A stretch of DNA of 64,000 nt, from assembly GCF_026210795.1 (NCBI RefSeq), contig NC_089429.1:2790001-2854000 (forward strand), in the 5' to 3' direction. This stretch comes from Rhizophagus irregularis. Its lineage: Eukaryota. A program made the translations under genes and the position numbers. Under the pieces are notes generated by a model. That model saw nothing but the letters and a program-made list of their open reading frames with translations. It did not search any database and had not been told where the DNA came from. How positions within the stretch are numbered: position 1 is the first letter of the stretch; every line of letters starts with the position of its first letter. Shown here piece by piece: positions 27,725-39,671 of this stretch.

Positions 27725-30700
27725 TTAAAAAACGTTACGTAACGTTTTTGATTTCAATTTAACGAATAAAAAACCGTTTCGCAACAGTTTTTTAATCATT
27801 TAATAAAAAACGTTGCGAAACGTTTTTTATTCCAATTTAATGAAAAAAACCGTTTCGCAACGTTTTTTAATCATTTTAATAAAAACGTTGTGAAACGTTT
27901 TTTATTTCAATTTAATGAAAAAAACCGTTGCTAAACAGTTTTTTAATCATTTTAATAAAAACGTTCGCGAAACGCTTTTATTCCAATTTAACGAATAAAA
28001 AAACCATTTCACAACAGTTTTTAATATTTTAATAAAAAACGTTTGCAAAACATTTTTTTATTCAATTTAATGAAAAAACCGCTCTAACGGTTTTTTAATC
28101 GATTTTAATAAAAAACTGCGAACGCTTTTTATTCCAATTTAACGAATAAAAAAACCGCTTCGCAAAAGTTTTTAATTATTTTAATAAAAAAAATGTTGCG
28201 AAACGCCATTTCAATTTAATTTGAAAAAAACTGTTTCTAACGGGTTTTCAATTATTTTAATAAAAAACGCTTGCGAAATGTTTTTTATTTCAATTTTTAA
28301 TCGAAAAAAAAACCGTTTCGCAACAGTTTTTTAATATTTTAATAAAAACGCTTTACGAAACGCTTTTTTATTGCATTTAATAAAAAAACCAGTTCGCAAC
28401 GGTTTTTTAATATTTTGATAAAAACGTTGTGAAACGTTTTTTTATTTCAATTTAATGAAAAAAACCGGTTCGCAACGGTTTTTTGGAATATTTTGATAAA
28501 AAACGTTGAGAAACATTTTTTATTTCAATTTAATGAAAAAAACCGTTTCGCAACGGTTTTTTAATATTTGATAAAAAAACGTTACAAACGTTTTTTTGTT
28601 TCAATTTAATGAAAAAAAAACCGTTTCGCACCGGTTTTTTAATATTTTAATAAAAAAACGTTGCGAAACGTTTTTTTATTTCAATTTAATGAAAAAAACC
28701 GGTTCGCAATGGTTTTTTAATATTTTAATAAAAAAAATGTTGCGAAACGTTTTTTTATTTCAATTTAATGAAAAAAAAAACCGTTTCGCAACGGTTTTTT
28801 AATATTTTAATAAAAAAACGTTGAGAAACGTTTTTTATTTCAATTTAATGAAAAAAAAACCGTTGCGAAACAGTTTTTTAATCATTTTAATAAAAAACGT
28901 TGCGAAACGTTTTTATTCCAATTTAACGAATAAAAAACCGTTTCACAAGCGGTTTTTAATATTTTAATAAAAAACGTTTGCAAAACATTTTTTTATTCAA
29001 TTTAATGAAAAAACCGTTCCGTAACGGTTTTTTAATCATTTTAATAAAAAACTGCGAAACGTTTTTATTCCAATTTAATCAATAAAAAAAACCGTTTCGC
29101 AACAGTTTTTAATTATTTTAATAAAAACGCTATTAAACGAAACGTTTTTTTATTTCAATTTAATGAAAAAAACTGTTTCGCAACGGGTTTTCAATTATTT
29201 TAATAAAAAATGTTGCGAAATGTTTTTTATTTCAATTTTTAACAAAAAAACCGTTTCGCAACGGTTTTTTAATATTTTAATAAAAAACGTTTGCGAAACG
29301 TTTTTTATTGCAATTTAATGAAAAAAAACCAGTTCGCAACGGTTTTTTAATATTTTGATAAAAACGCTTGCGAAACGTTTTATTTCAATTTAATGAAAAA
29401 AACCGTTTCGCACCAGTTTTTTAATATTTTGATAAAAAACGTTGCGAAACGTTTTATTTCAATTTAATGAAAAAACCGTTTCACAACGTTTTAATATTTG
29501 ATAAAAACGTTGAAGAAACGTTTTTTTGTTTCAATTTAACGAAAAAAACCGTTTCGCACCGGTTTTTTAATATTTTAATAAAAAAACGTTGAGAAACGTT
29601 TTATTTCAATTTAATGAAAAAAAACCGGTTCGCAATGGTTTTTTAATATTTTAATAAAAAAAATGTTGCGAAAGCGTTTTTTATTTTCATTTAATGAAAA
29701 AAAGCGGTTTCGCAGCGGTTTTTTAATATTTTAATAAAAAGCGTTGAAAGCGTTTTTTATTTCAATTTAATGAAAAAAAACCGTTCGAAACAGTTTTTTA
29801 ATCATTTTAATAAAAAGCGTTGCAAAGCGTTTTTATTCCAATTTAATTTAATAAAAAAAACCGTTTCATCAGCGGTTTTTAATATTTTAATAAAAAAAGC
29901 GTTTGCAAAACATTTTTTTATTCAATTTAATGAAAAAAACCGTTCCGTAACGGTTTTTAATCATTTTAATAAAAACTGCGAAACGTTTTTATTCCAATTT
30001 AACGAATAAAAAAAACCGTTTCGCAACAGTTTTTAATTATTTTAATAAAAAAACGTTGCGAAACGTTTTTTTATTTCAATTTAATGAAAAAAAACTGTTT
30101 CGCAACGGGTTTTCAATTATTTTAATAAAAAATGTTGCGAAATGTTTTTTATTTCAATTTTAAACGAAAAAAACCGTTTACGCGGTTTTTTAATATTTTA
30201 ATAAAAACGTTTGCGAAACGTTTTTTATTGCAATTTAATGAAAAAAAACCAGTTACGGCAGTTTTTTAATATTTTGATAAAAAAATGTTGCGAAACGTTT
30301 TTTATTTCAATTTAATGAAAAAAAAACCGTTTCGCACCGGTTTTTTAATATTTTGATAAAAAAGCGTTGCAAAACGTTTTTTTTATAATTTAATGAAAAA
30401 AAACCGTTTTCACAACGGTTTTTTAATATTTTGATAAAAAACGTTGCGAAACGCTTTTTTATTTCAATTTAATGAAAAAAACCGTTTCGCAACGGTTTTT
30501 TAATATTTTAATAAAAAACGCTGAGAAACGTTTTTATTTCAATTTAATGAAAAAAAGCCGTTTCGCACTTGGTTTTTTAATATTTTAATAAAAAGCGTTG
30601 CGAAACGTTTTTTATTTCAACTTTAAGAAAAAAACCGTTTCATGAATGCGGTTTTTAATCATTTTAATAAAAAATGTTGTGAAACGTTTTTTATTTCAAT

Positions 30701-31080
30701 TTAATGAAAAAAACCGCTTTTGCAACGGTTTTTTAATATTTTAATAAAAAAACGTTGCGAAACGTTTTTTTATTTCAATTTAATGAAAAAAAACCATTTC
30801 GCAACAGTTTTTAATCATTTTAATAAAAAAACGTTGCAAAACGTTTTTTTATTTCAATTTAATGAAAAAAACCGTTTCGCAACAGTTTTTTAATATTTTA
30901 ATAAAAAAACATTGCGAAACGTTTTTATTTCAATTTAATGAAAAAAAACCGTTTCGCAACGGTTTTTTAATATTTTAATAAAAAACGTTGCGAAACGTTT
31001 TTTTATTTCAATTTAATGAAAAAAAACCATTTCGCAACGGTTTTTTAATATTTTAATAAAAATGTTGCGAAAGCGTTTTT
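27725..31080. repeat. Tandem array, about 80-bp dimeric palindromic unit, about 3.3 kb
   Basis: Alternating aaaaccgtttcgcaacggtttt and aaaacgttgcgaaacgtttt subunits. Confidence 0.95.
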
Positions 31081-31374
31081 AACAATTAACTTAACAATTG
31101 CAACGTTTTCAATTTAATAACAGGGCATTTTTTCATCTTATTTTTATGAAAAAAGGCTTTTTGATCTGATCCGTCAGGATCGATCGGATCGTCAAATCTG
31201 AATCTGATCTGATCTGATTTGTATGAATTGTTGATCCGATTTGATTCGATCCGAATCGGATCAAATTTTTTTGATTCGGATCGGATCACGGATCATAAAA
31301 TCTATGATTCGATCTGATCTGTCTCGGATCAGATCCGCGGATACGGATCAGATCGGATTTTTTTTGGAACATTA

Positions 31375-32040
31375 GTTATGGGATTTAGCAATTCAAGAAC
31401 TTAAAATGAAAAATCAATTTAATGAATTAACAAGAACAAAAATAATTGCAGAAATGAATAGAATTAAAATCTCATTTGGTTTCTGGCAGGAACAGGGAAC
31501 ACAAAACCAGTCCTATACTTCGCTAATGGAAGGTGACAAAGAAATTGTATTAAAAAATTTCAATTTTGGAGTTGTTTTTAATGAGGAGCATGCATTTTTG
31601 ATTAATCGTTTATGGCGAGATTTTTATCAACTCTATATTAATATGAAATCTAATAAGACCAATCCGTCTCAATTTGCAAATCAAACAAAAGAATGGTTGG
31701 ATTTATTTCTTACTCCTTCCCAAGGAGAGCCTAATACTATTAACTTTAAGATGGGTTATATCGTCCAAAAGATGTAATGCCGTATATGCACGTTTTAGTC
31801 AATCATTTACCTGAATTTGTGGAATGGCATCAGAAATTTGGATTAGGTGCTTTTTCTTGTAGTCCAGTGGAGAAGAAAAATCATGATCAAGTTTCTGCAT
31901 TTTTTCGAAAAACAATGAAAGATGGTGGAAAAGGCATGGAGCCATTTTCAAAATTTTACATTATGAAAATAGATCATTGTATTTTGCTTAAAAGTGTACC
32001 ATAGATAAATACCCCAAACCACAACATATTCACGTTAAAA
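31375..32040 (+). pseudogene. C-terminal fragment of a Transib/RAG1-like DDE transposase
   Basis: PYMHVLVNHLPEF...GLGAFSCSPVEKKNH resembles the RAG1/Transib Y-x-H-x4-H-x-PE...E region; the 5' part is lost at the hAT end. Confidence 0.55.
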
Positions 32041-32158
32041 AAAAATTAAAAAATTAAAAATCCGTGTATATACAAACTGTTTTATTTATGTAAATTGTAA
32101 ATATGATACATAATAAATTCTACAAATTTTTGTTAATATTTTCTATAAGTATATATAT

Positions 32159-32854
32159 TTATATTTGTTGTGCACAAAATCTTAAACTAATATATCCTGC
32201 TGATGTTCTATTTTTTTTTGCATCTTCCCTACTTTTCTTATATTTCCACTCAACTGTTAATTTAGGTAAATTAAATCTTTTTAACCTATTTTTTGGAATC
32301 CAATTACCAACTTGATTAAAGAGACTTTCTTGATTAGCGTCTGATTCAGCTAGTGCATCAAATAATACAACAAAAGTTTGTTGATTATTATCAAAAAATT
32401 TACGCCCCCAATTTGGATTATCAAATAAATTAGCTATTTGTGTATATGCGTCTGGACCTTGGAAATAACACTTATAACTACCAGTCCGAACGCTATAATA
32501 ATGAATATAACCTTCAAATACTCCAAAAAATAAGCTTTCCAGACAAGGTAAATAAATAGTTTGTTTACCCGACTGAGAAAAATGTCCTTTTAGTTTACCT
32601 TGAATAATATGAACAAGCTGTGCCTTGAACTCTTTTATTGCCTCCAGAGGTAATTCGTACAATCCTTCGCGCCTTGTATTGTATTTTTGTACAATAGTGT
32701 TATGACGCGTTAATCCAGACTGACTTTTGAATGAAGTCTTACAAATATTACATTCGTGTTGTAAAGTGGAAGCAGTGGTTGGTGAAGGAGGTGGAGTGAG
32801 AGTAGAATTTGTTTGGTAAAAACTTTGAGAAAAGAAATTAACAAACGTGTACAT
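32159..32854 (-). CDS. C2H2-like zinc-finger protein, about 231 aa
   Basis: Open frame from MYTFVNFF with HECNICKTSFKSQSGLTRH; convergent with the transposase fragment. Confidence 0.7.
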   Translation of the reverse strand: MYTFVNFFSQSFYQTNSTLTPPPSPTTASTLQHECNICKTSFKSQSGLTRHNTIVQKYNTRREGLYELPLEAIKEFKAQLVHIIQGKLKGHFSQSGKQTIYLPCLESLFFGVFEGYIHYYSVRTGSYKCYFQGPDAYTQIANLFDNPNWGRKFFDNNQQTFVVLFDALAESDANQESLFNQVGNWIPKNRLKRFNLPKLTVEWKYKKSREDAKKNRTSAGYISLRFCAQQI

Positions 32855-33552
32855 GTTTTTGCGAAAATAATAAAAATTTATATAAAAAAAACAGTAATAA
32901 AACTTAACAATTTCAATATTCTTACTTGTCAAAAACACTTAGCCAAAGGTTTGAACGATTGGTTTGACGTTGGAACGATTGGTTAGACGTTAGAACACGT
33001 TAGAACGATTGGTTAAATCAAAAAAAAAAAAAAAAAATTTTTTTCTTGTGTGTTCGCATCAGCTGCGCAAATCACGGGTGCAGAAATCATCTGATCAGTG
33101 ACCTTAAAAGGCCCAATTATTACAATACGCTCATATGGCCCGAAATGTGTTATCCGGTTTCCTAAATCATTGAATCATTGGATGATGCGCAATCTCGTGA
33201 AACGTACAACTATAAAATCAGGAGCATGCGCTGATCGCTGTCACGCTTTAGTGAAGTAAAAATTATAACGCGTAACCCGTCGCAAATACCACCACTTAAA
33301 ATGGGTGACCCACAAACATACTTTGAAGAACACGCAACCTGGTCGTTGATTTCTTTCTTGCAATACAGACGACAGTATGCAAAAGATTTCACAAGAGATA
33401 AACTTAAAGAGCATAGGAAATATACGAAAGAACTTGATAAAATTATTTCAAATAATGAATCAAAGGAGAAATGTGATCAAGCTCAAAAATGTCTTAACGA
33501 CTTTGATGTACGTGTTTTTATATAAATATTTATCAATTAACTAAGATAGAAG

Positions 33553-33693
33553 CCCTGAGTAGCTGGCTGACTGCGTCTCGGCCAGTGATAGTGAACCGCG
33601 CCTTCCCTCGGGGAATAGACTGCGCCTCTATTTCCATGTTGCAACTAGGAACTGCGTCTTTCTGGTTGTTAGACTGCGTCTCGTTTCATGGAA
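33553..33693 (+). ncRNA. Intronic structured RNA element: 5 x ACYGCGYCU in hairpin loops
   Basis: Motif at 33570, 33595, 33619, 33651 and 33673. Stems GCUGGCUG/CGGCCAGU, AAUAG/CUAUU and CAACUAGGA/UUCUGGUUG; closing stems CCCUGAG/CUCGGGG and UUCCAUG/CAUGGAA. Confidence 0.65.
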
Positions 33694-34115
33694 TATATCT
33701 CCTATTCCTTTGATTATAATGATAAGTTTTGGTTATTTGATTAGACTCATATATTCTCTGTTTTATAAGGACGAGAAATCATCTCCAGACGTAGAAGCTT
33801 TTTGGATATCGGACACGATATATCTTACCAAGGTGAACAGATTACTATCTATAGATTCTTATTTTAACGAGAAATTGACTTAACCATACTTAATAGTTAA
33901 ACTATGCAAAATCTGCGTTGGATAAAACCGTCGAAGAAGCAAAGGAAATACGAACAATTGTGTCTGATGAAACGATATCCATACTAAGAGACGGTGTAAG
34001 TTATTCTGTGAGAGTATATGTGCATTTTTTTTTAACCTTGTTGTTTATCCATAATGAATTACTGTGCAATTTTGGTACTAGAACACTGTTCCGCATGTTA
34101 AGACTCCTGAATCGA

Positions 34116-34782
34116 AGCGAGCGCCAGATAGTGATAGTGAAAGCAACGAAAAGGTTAGTATAAATGTAACACAGATAATGTATTATACAAAGGTTTATGT
34201 GTATATTAATTTTATATATTTCACAAGCCAGGAAAGCGCACAAAGACCGAAGATGATGAGTATCATGATGATGATGAATCAGAGCGAGCGCCAGATAGTG
34301 ATAGTGAAAGCAACGAAAAGGTTAGTATAAATGTAACATAGATAATGTATTATACAAAGGTTTATGTGTATATTAATTTTATATATTTCACAAGCCAGGA
34401 AAGCGCACAAAGACCGAAGATGATGAGTATCATGATGATGATGAATCAGAGCGAGCGCCAGATAGTGATAGTGAAAGCAACGAAAAGGTTAGTATAAATG
34501 TAACACAGATAATGTATTATACAAAGGTTTATGTGTATATTAATTTTATATATTTCACAAGCCAGGAAAGCGCACAAAGACCGAAGATGATGAGTATCAT
34601 GATGATGATGAATCAGAGCGAGCGCCAGATAGTGATAGTGAAAGCAACGAAAAGGTTAGTATAAATGTAACATAGATAATGTATTATACAAAGGTTTATG
34701 TGTATATTAATTTTATATATTTCACAAGCCAAGAAAGCGCACAGAGACCGAAGATGATGAGTATCATGATGACGAATCAGAA
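34116..34782 (+). repeat. Tandem exon+intron duplication, 167-bp unit x4
   Basis: Unit starts at 34116, 34283, 34450 and 34617; each is a 74-nt intron plus a 93-nt exon (PGKRTKTEDDEYHDDDESERAPDSDSESNEK). Confidence 0.95.
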
Positions 34783-36687
34783 AGTGATGAAAGTGACGAT
34801 GAATGTGAGTTAAGCTAAGCGTGGAAGAAATGGGATTTGACGAGTACGTTGATCGAAATGATCAACCTGTAAGTATATTTTTTTCTTAAGGTTGATTGTA
34901 AGTACGATTTTTTTAAAACAATAATCGTTTTATAGTTCATTTTCAAAACAAAAAACATACCGTCACTATTTGAGTCATATCGATCCAAAGCGTTAGCTCA
35001 TGCGCAAAATTCTGGTCTGATAATGACGAAAAATTATCACGAAATATTGTAGGTAGAACTTTTAAATGTAATGTCTTTTTAATGATTAACTTTGCTGATG
35101 GAGGTTGATTATTATTTTTTTTTTGAAAATTCAGGAGTCTATCCCATATTCTTTTATTACAAATGGATAATTATTCGGAAACGCAAGTAAAAACGTTCTC
35201 TAGGGAAACGCTCGAAGATCTTAGAAAGGATATTAAATCAAAGTTAATCGGAAAAGAAAAAGTAACAAGGGACGTAAAATCAATCCTACAAGAGTGCATT
35301 GAGGTTCGTATTTTTTTATTATCATCATTCTTTTGCAATGTTCCCTTTACTGACTATCTTGCTTAGATTGCTCTTGACGATAATGATGGTGGATTACACG
35401 AACTTCGCGAAACCATCACTGAATCTTTTTCGAAAAAATTTAATTCAACAGCAGAGAAAGAATTTCTTCGACGAATGAAGTTTCTCTTTGAACATCTGTA
35501 AGTTTTGATATCTCTTAGTTAAGCAACTTTTTGAAATGGCTGTTAACAAGATTTTTTCTTGCTACTTTGCAGGTCTTATACTATCCCATTACATCCATTG
35601 AAAGAAATTATAAGCGAAGGGACACTTGTGGCGAATATAATAAGTCCGGTGTTACGAATTTTTTTTCATGACTCATACATATATCCCACGATATGGCCGA
35701 ACACATCCAGCACCAGCGCAAAGGTCCGAAAACTTGCCATCGGTGATCCTTCCCGGGCTAAACAACCCGATATGATCGGGAAAATTGTCAATAATGGTAC
35801 TTATATAAAAAACAGTTAATCATAAAAAATACAAATAAATCTGTTCTAATTATTTCTTTAACATAAACAGGAAAATTTGTTTATGAATCGATGTTCGGTG
35901 AGGTGACGGGAGAAGGAAAAAATAACACGGAAAAAAAGAATCTAATCGACCTGGTTAGATTGGGGATATTTATGAAAGATTCCCTTGATAATATTTCGCG
36001 TAAGACCGGTGTCAATCGGATTTTCGGTTGGCAAGTTATTGGTAAGCTGGTCTTCCAGGAACGCTTGTTTTAACTAACTTATCCTACCTAATTAATGATT
36101 CTTCATGTAATAAATAGTGACAAAGTGGACCGGTTATATGATGACATTAATTAGTCCAGGGATTTACGTTATGGTTGACACTGGTAGTGTAGATCTTCCA
36201 AGATCTTTCGAAGTATGCAATACGTTTCTATCTGGTCTGGATACGCTGTTTGCATTTCAGGTATAACTTAGGAATATCAATATTACTTGTTAATTCTGTA
36301 TAAATGACTAATTCAAAACTGTTCCTCTAGATAGCATATGAAAAAACAATAATGGATATCCTCTCAATTATGAATAAAAGTGAAGAAGTTGAGAGTAATG
36401 ATAATTTTAAAGGATGGCGTCGATCAACACTTGGAACACCATCGTTCAAAAAAATTGTGAAGTTCAAATAACTATCAAATAAGATATTACTTGTTAATAG
36501 AACATATATTTACGTAATATTAATCAACTAATTATATTCTATATCAGCTGTTTCTTTCTTTTTCAATATTAATAAAGTTGTTTGCTCGCAATCCGGTTTT
36601 AATTTTCATGAATTGACCTTACTATATATATATAATACGCACATTATATTTATAAAATGCATATATACAAAAAGACAGAATCAAACC

Positions 36688-37374
36688 TTATTTGTCCAAT
36701 TTCAGGGGTATATCCCAACCTAATCTAGTTGTGAGAGGATCATCAGTTGCTTTAGTAAAATCGAAGACCACAAAATTCCGATCTCGCAAATGTTTGTCAA
36801 TAATCTTGGAAGCTTTTTTAGAGTTATCCGTATACTGACGTACGATTCTGGCTATATCATCCCGACTTCCCGCCCCTCGAAAAAGGGCTAAATGCGTGAT
36901 ATTCTCACGAATAATTTTAGGAGTTTGTGTATACTTCTGGCTCACGTATATACTTGATACACCTTGATGTCGGCCACTGATAAAATATGGAACAATCCGG
37001 TCCTGAATTTTCTTTGATTCAGCGCAAAGGTCCTCAAAGACTACAACAGTGTTTCTATCTGGTGAGAACTTAGTTATATCTGGAATTGCACCTGCTTTTA
37101 ATGCACGAAATGTCACGTTCTCCCGATATGTTTTTGGGCCCTTCGAAAAAATTTCGTAACAGTTTTTCACTAATACCCATTTGGGCTCATGGATATGCTT
37201 TCCGATTAAGACTAGATCATCATTTTTGACATACCGCTCCCCTTTCTTTTCCTTGAACAAACGTTGAATTTTATTTCCAAGAAGAAGATTAAGAATCATA
37301 TTGGTTTTTCCACTGTCTGATCCACCGCAAATTAACAAACGAAAGGGAAACGCAGGACTGGCAGGGTGATTCAT
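36688..37374 (-). CDS. A32-like (FtsK/HerA superfamily) DNA-packaging ATPase, Maverick/Polinton type
   Basis: Intronless 228-aa [18 protein letters not shown] (Walker A), VVVFEDL (Walker B), ISGRH (Arg finger), YVSQKY...PKIIREN. Confidence 0.85.
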   Translation of the reverse strand: MNHPASPAFPFRLLICGGSDSGKTNMILNLLLGNKIQRLFKEKKGERYVKNDDLVLIGKHIHEPKWVLVKNCYEIFSKGPKTYRENVTFRALKAGAIPDITKFSPDRNTVVVFEDLCAESKKIQDRIVPYFISGRHQGVSSIYVSQKYTQTPKIIRENITHLALFRGAGSRDDIARIVRQYTDNSKKASKIIDKHLRDRNFVVFDFTKATDDPLTTRLGWDIPLKLDK

Positions 37375-38109
37375 ATTCTTTGAATTTTTGGTCTCGTTAA
37401 GATGGTATATATGTTGTGCGTCAAGTGTCGATTTGCGTCAGATGCAGCTGACGTGCGTCAGATGTAAATTGATACTTGACAATAAAGTTTTCCTATAGTA
37501 AAAAATTTTTTTTACTAATAAAATTATTTTTTTATTCCGTAAGTAAATTTGTTTGTTACAATAAATTACACATATTGTGAAAATTTTATGGCTATTTAAC
37601 CTATGTTTAATTAAATATTGTAAATTTACTTGAAAAAACTTGTAATTTATTAATATTTTGAATGAAGTGTTTTCCATGAAACTGAGTCTAATCAATTTAA
37701 TATTACAGGTTTACATATTTTTTAACAAGATTAATAAACTTATTTAATAAAGAAATTTAGTTTAAGTTTGAAAATTTTAATTTAATTATAACTTAATTTT
37801 GCATATTTTATATCACAAGTGACGCGCGTCAGGTATCAATCTACGTTTGACAGCATAAGTAAAAATCGGTGTTATTGGCTAATTTATTTGTCACGTGATT
37901 CAATTTACGTGATCAGCAAATATATGTAACGCGTTATTTTAAAAAAAGGAAAAAAGGCTTAGATATATATCACATAATAACACATATTCAAATTTTTTAT
38001 GGAAGTTCAGCAGTCTTTTCTCAACCAAGATCCGGTTTCAGTTTGAATAGATCTGACTTTAGGTTAGATTTCTCTTAATAGTGATGACAAGAGGTTTTTA
38101 TAAGTGAAA

Positions 38110-38916
38110 TAATGGACCTTGTGCCGTTTGTGGACTGCAAAATGCAAATGAAAAGTTCCAAAAATTAACCTCAGAGGCACTTACAAAAGTGCAAAACAGT
38201 ACTGCAGTTCCTTCGTTAACAGTTCAATTGCAAGTGAATGATCAACTTTGTATAAAACATTATAATGAACTTGTTTCTTATAAGCGTAACATATCAAAAT
38301 CCAAGAGAAAATGTGCTGATAAAGATTTATCTTACAAAGGAGTAAAAAACGTTTGCTTAAGAGAAGATGTGTATTATGATTTATTGAATAATACAAGCAG
38401 TCTAGAAGTATTACATCAACGTGTTAAAGACTTAGAATTGGAATTGAAAGAATATGTAATTAAGGCACAAGAAACTTTTAGTAATGGTAATGTTAAAATG
38501 CATTAGTGTATTAGCATTATTATTAATTAAATTAAATACGAATAGAAACTACAAGATTTTCACAATTCTTTGGTGATCAAGTGGCTCGTATGACAAGTAT
38601 ACTATACCAATATCAAAAAGAAGGGAATTTACCTATTTTTGATCCAATAAAATTTGTGGAATTAATCGAAAGTTGTGATATCAAGATGCGGGAGTTTTTT
38701 GATATTTTATTTCAATCCATGAATCCTACACAGAAAAATCAGGCAACACAACGGATGCTTAAGCAAAAAGTAATGATGTTATACTATCAAATGGCAGCAT
38801 TGCGTAATAAGCAAGTTAGTGGAACAAAAACAGCTGTAGGACTTCTTATGGTGGGATCAAGAACTTCAAAAAATGGCATTAACACTTTAGCCAATATGGG
38901 GATGAGTTCAACATAT
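38110..38916 (+). pseudogene. 5' fragment of a probable transposase-like gene, cut by an LTR
   Basis: GPCAVCG...QLCIKHYN, coiled-coil, an intron, then MAALRNKQV...GINTLANMGMSSTY, ending at the LTR start. Family uncertain. Confidence 0.4.
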
Positions 38917-39671
38917 TGTCATGGGATATTTTTTTTTTCTATTTTTTTTTATTTTTATTGTTTTTATTTTTATTTATTTCTATTTTTATTTTTTTTGTTA
39001 TTTTTAGTTATTTTTAGATAAATTACTTGTAGTTGTTTTTGGTTGTTCATAGATTAGATAAAAAGCGGAAGCTTAGCGATATAAAGTAGCTGAATACAAG
39101 TGGCTGTATAGACAAATGTGCCCAGATCACCACAATTGGCTGGGAAACGATATTGGTCAGGAGATGATTATGTCCGAAGGACAGAATCATCCTAAAAATT
39201 TAATGTTATATAAAGGACCAGTGTTGATAGATAGTATAGTTCAGTTTAGATTCGTCTAGTTTTATTGTTATATATAAGATAGATATTGGGATATTACAGA
39301 GCGCCAGTTGAGGGAGTAATATCATATTCTTTTTATTAATGAATAAACTTGTCGATTTGCTTCTGAATTATTGATACATGTTTTATCACATTTTATCACA
39401 TTATTTATTATTGATTATTATTGACTTATTATCATTTATTAACACTTGTTAACTACATCACTAATTTACTACATATATTTACGATTAGTTATTATTGTAA
39501 ACATACTATCCGATTTACCCCTAATCCATTATATCATTCATTATCGACTATTCATATATACACTTTTACCTTATCGATTAATATACATCGTTATATTACC
39601 TTACCACTAATAAACTGATTCTTTTTTTCTATCTGTTACTACCTACCAAACGTCATAAATTGGTGGTAACA
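38917..39671 (+). mobile_element. 5' LTR of a Ty3/Gypsy-like element
   Basis: Starts TGTCA where the upstream ORF breaks, ends TAACA, followed by a PBS-like TGGTGCTCC at 39675 and then gag. No second LTR in the window. Confidence 0.7.

Larger units (their letters stand above)
23050..31374 (-). mobile_element. hAT transposon (composite or rearranged)
   Basis: Ends TAGTGTTC (23050) and GAACATTA (31374) with GATCC/GATCT subterminal repeats; an extra TAGTGTTC end at 27670. Flanks do not form a matching TSD. Confidence 0.7.
33301..36471 (+). pseudogene. Multi-exon gene with a predicted C-terminal PD-(D/E)xK (REase-fold) domain; one 5-bp frameshift
   Basis: The exons traced join in frame (e.g. 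33301-33507, 33770-33832), with last exon IAYEK...VKFK* ending at 36471. C-terminal KQPDMIGK...FGEVTG...DLVRLGIFMKDSLD...GWQVI...PGIYVM...VDLP. A taagc duplication at 34811-34820 breaks the frame. Confidence 0.75.

Noticed and set aside
23346..30009. K/F-rich ORFs such as 23752, 24024, 24597, 28596 and 29770
   Set aside because: Translations of tandem repeats.
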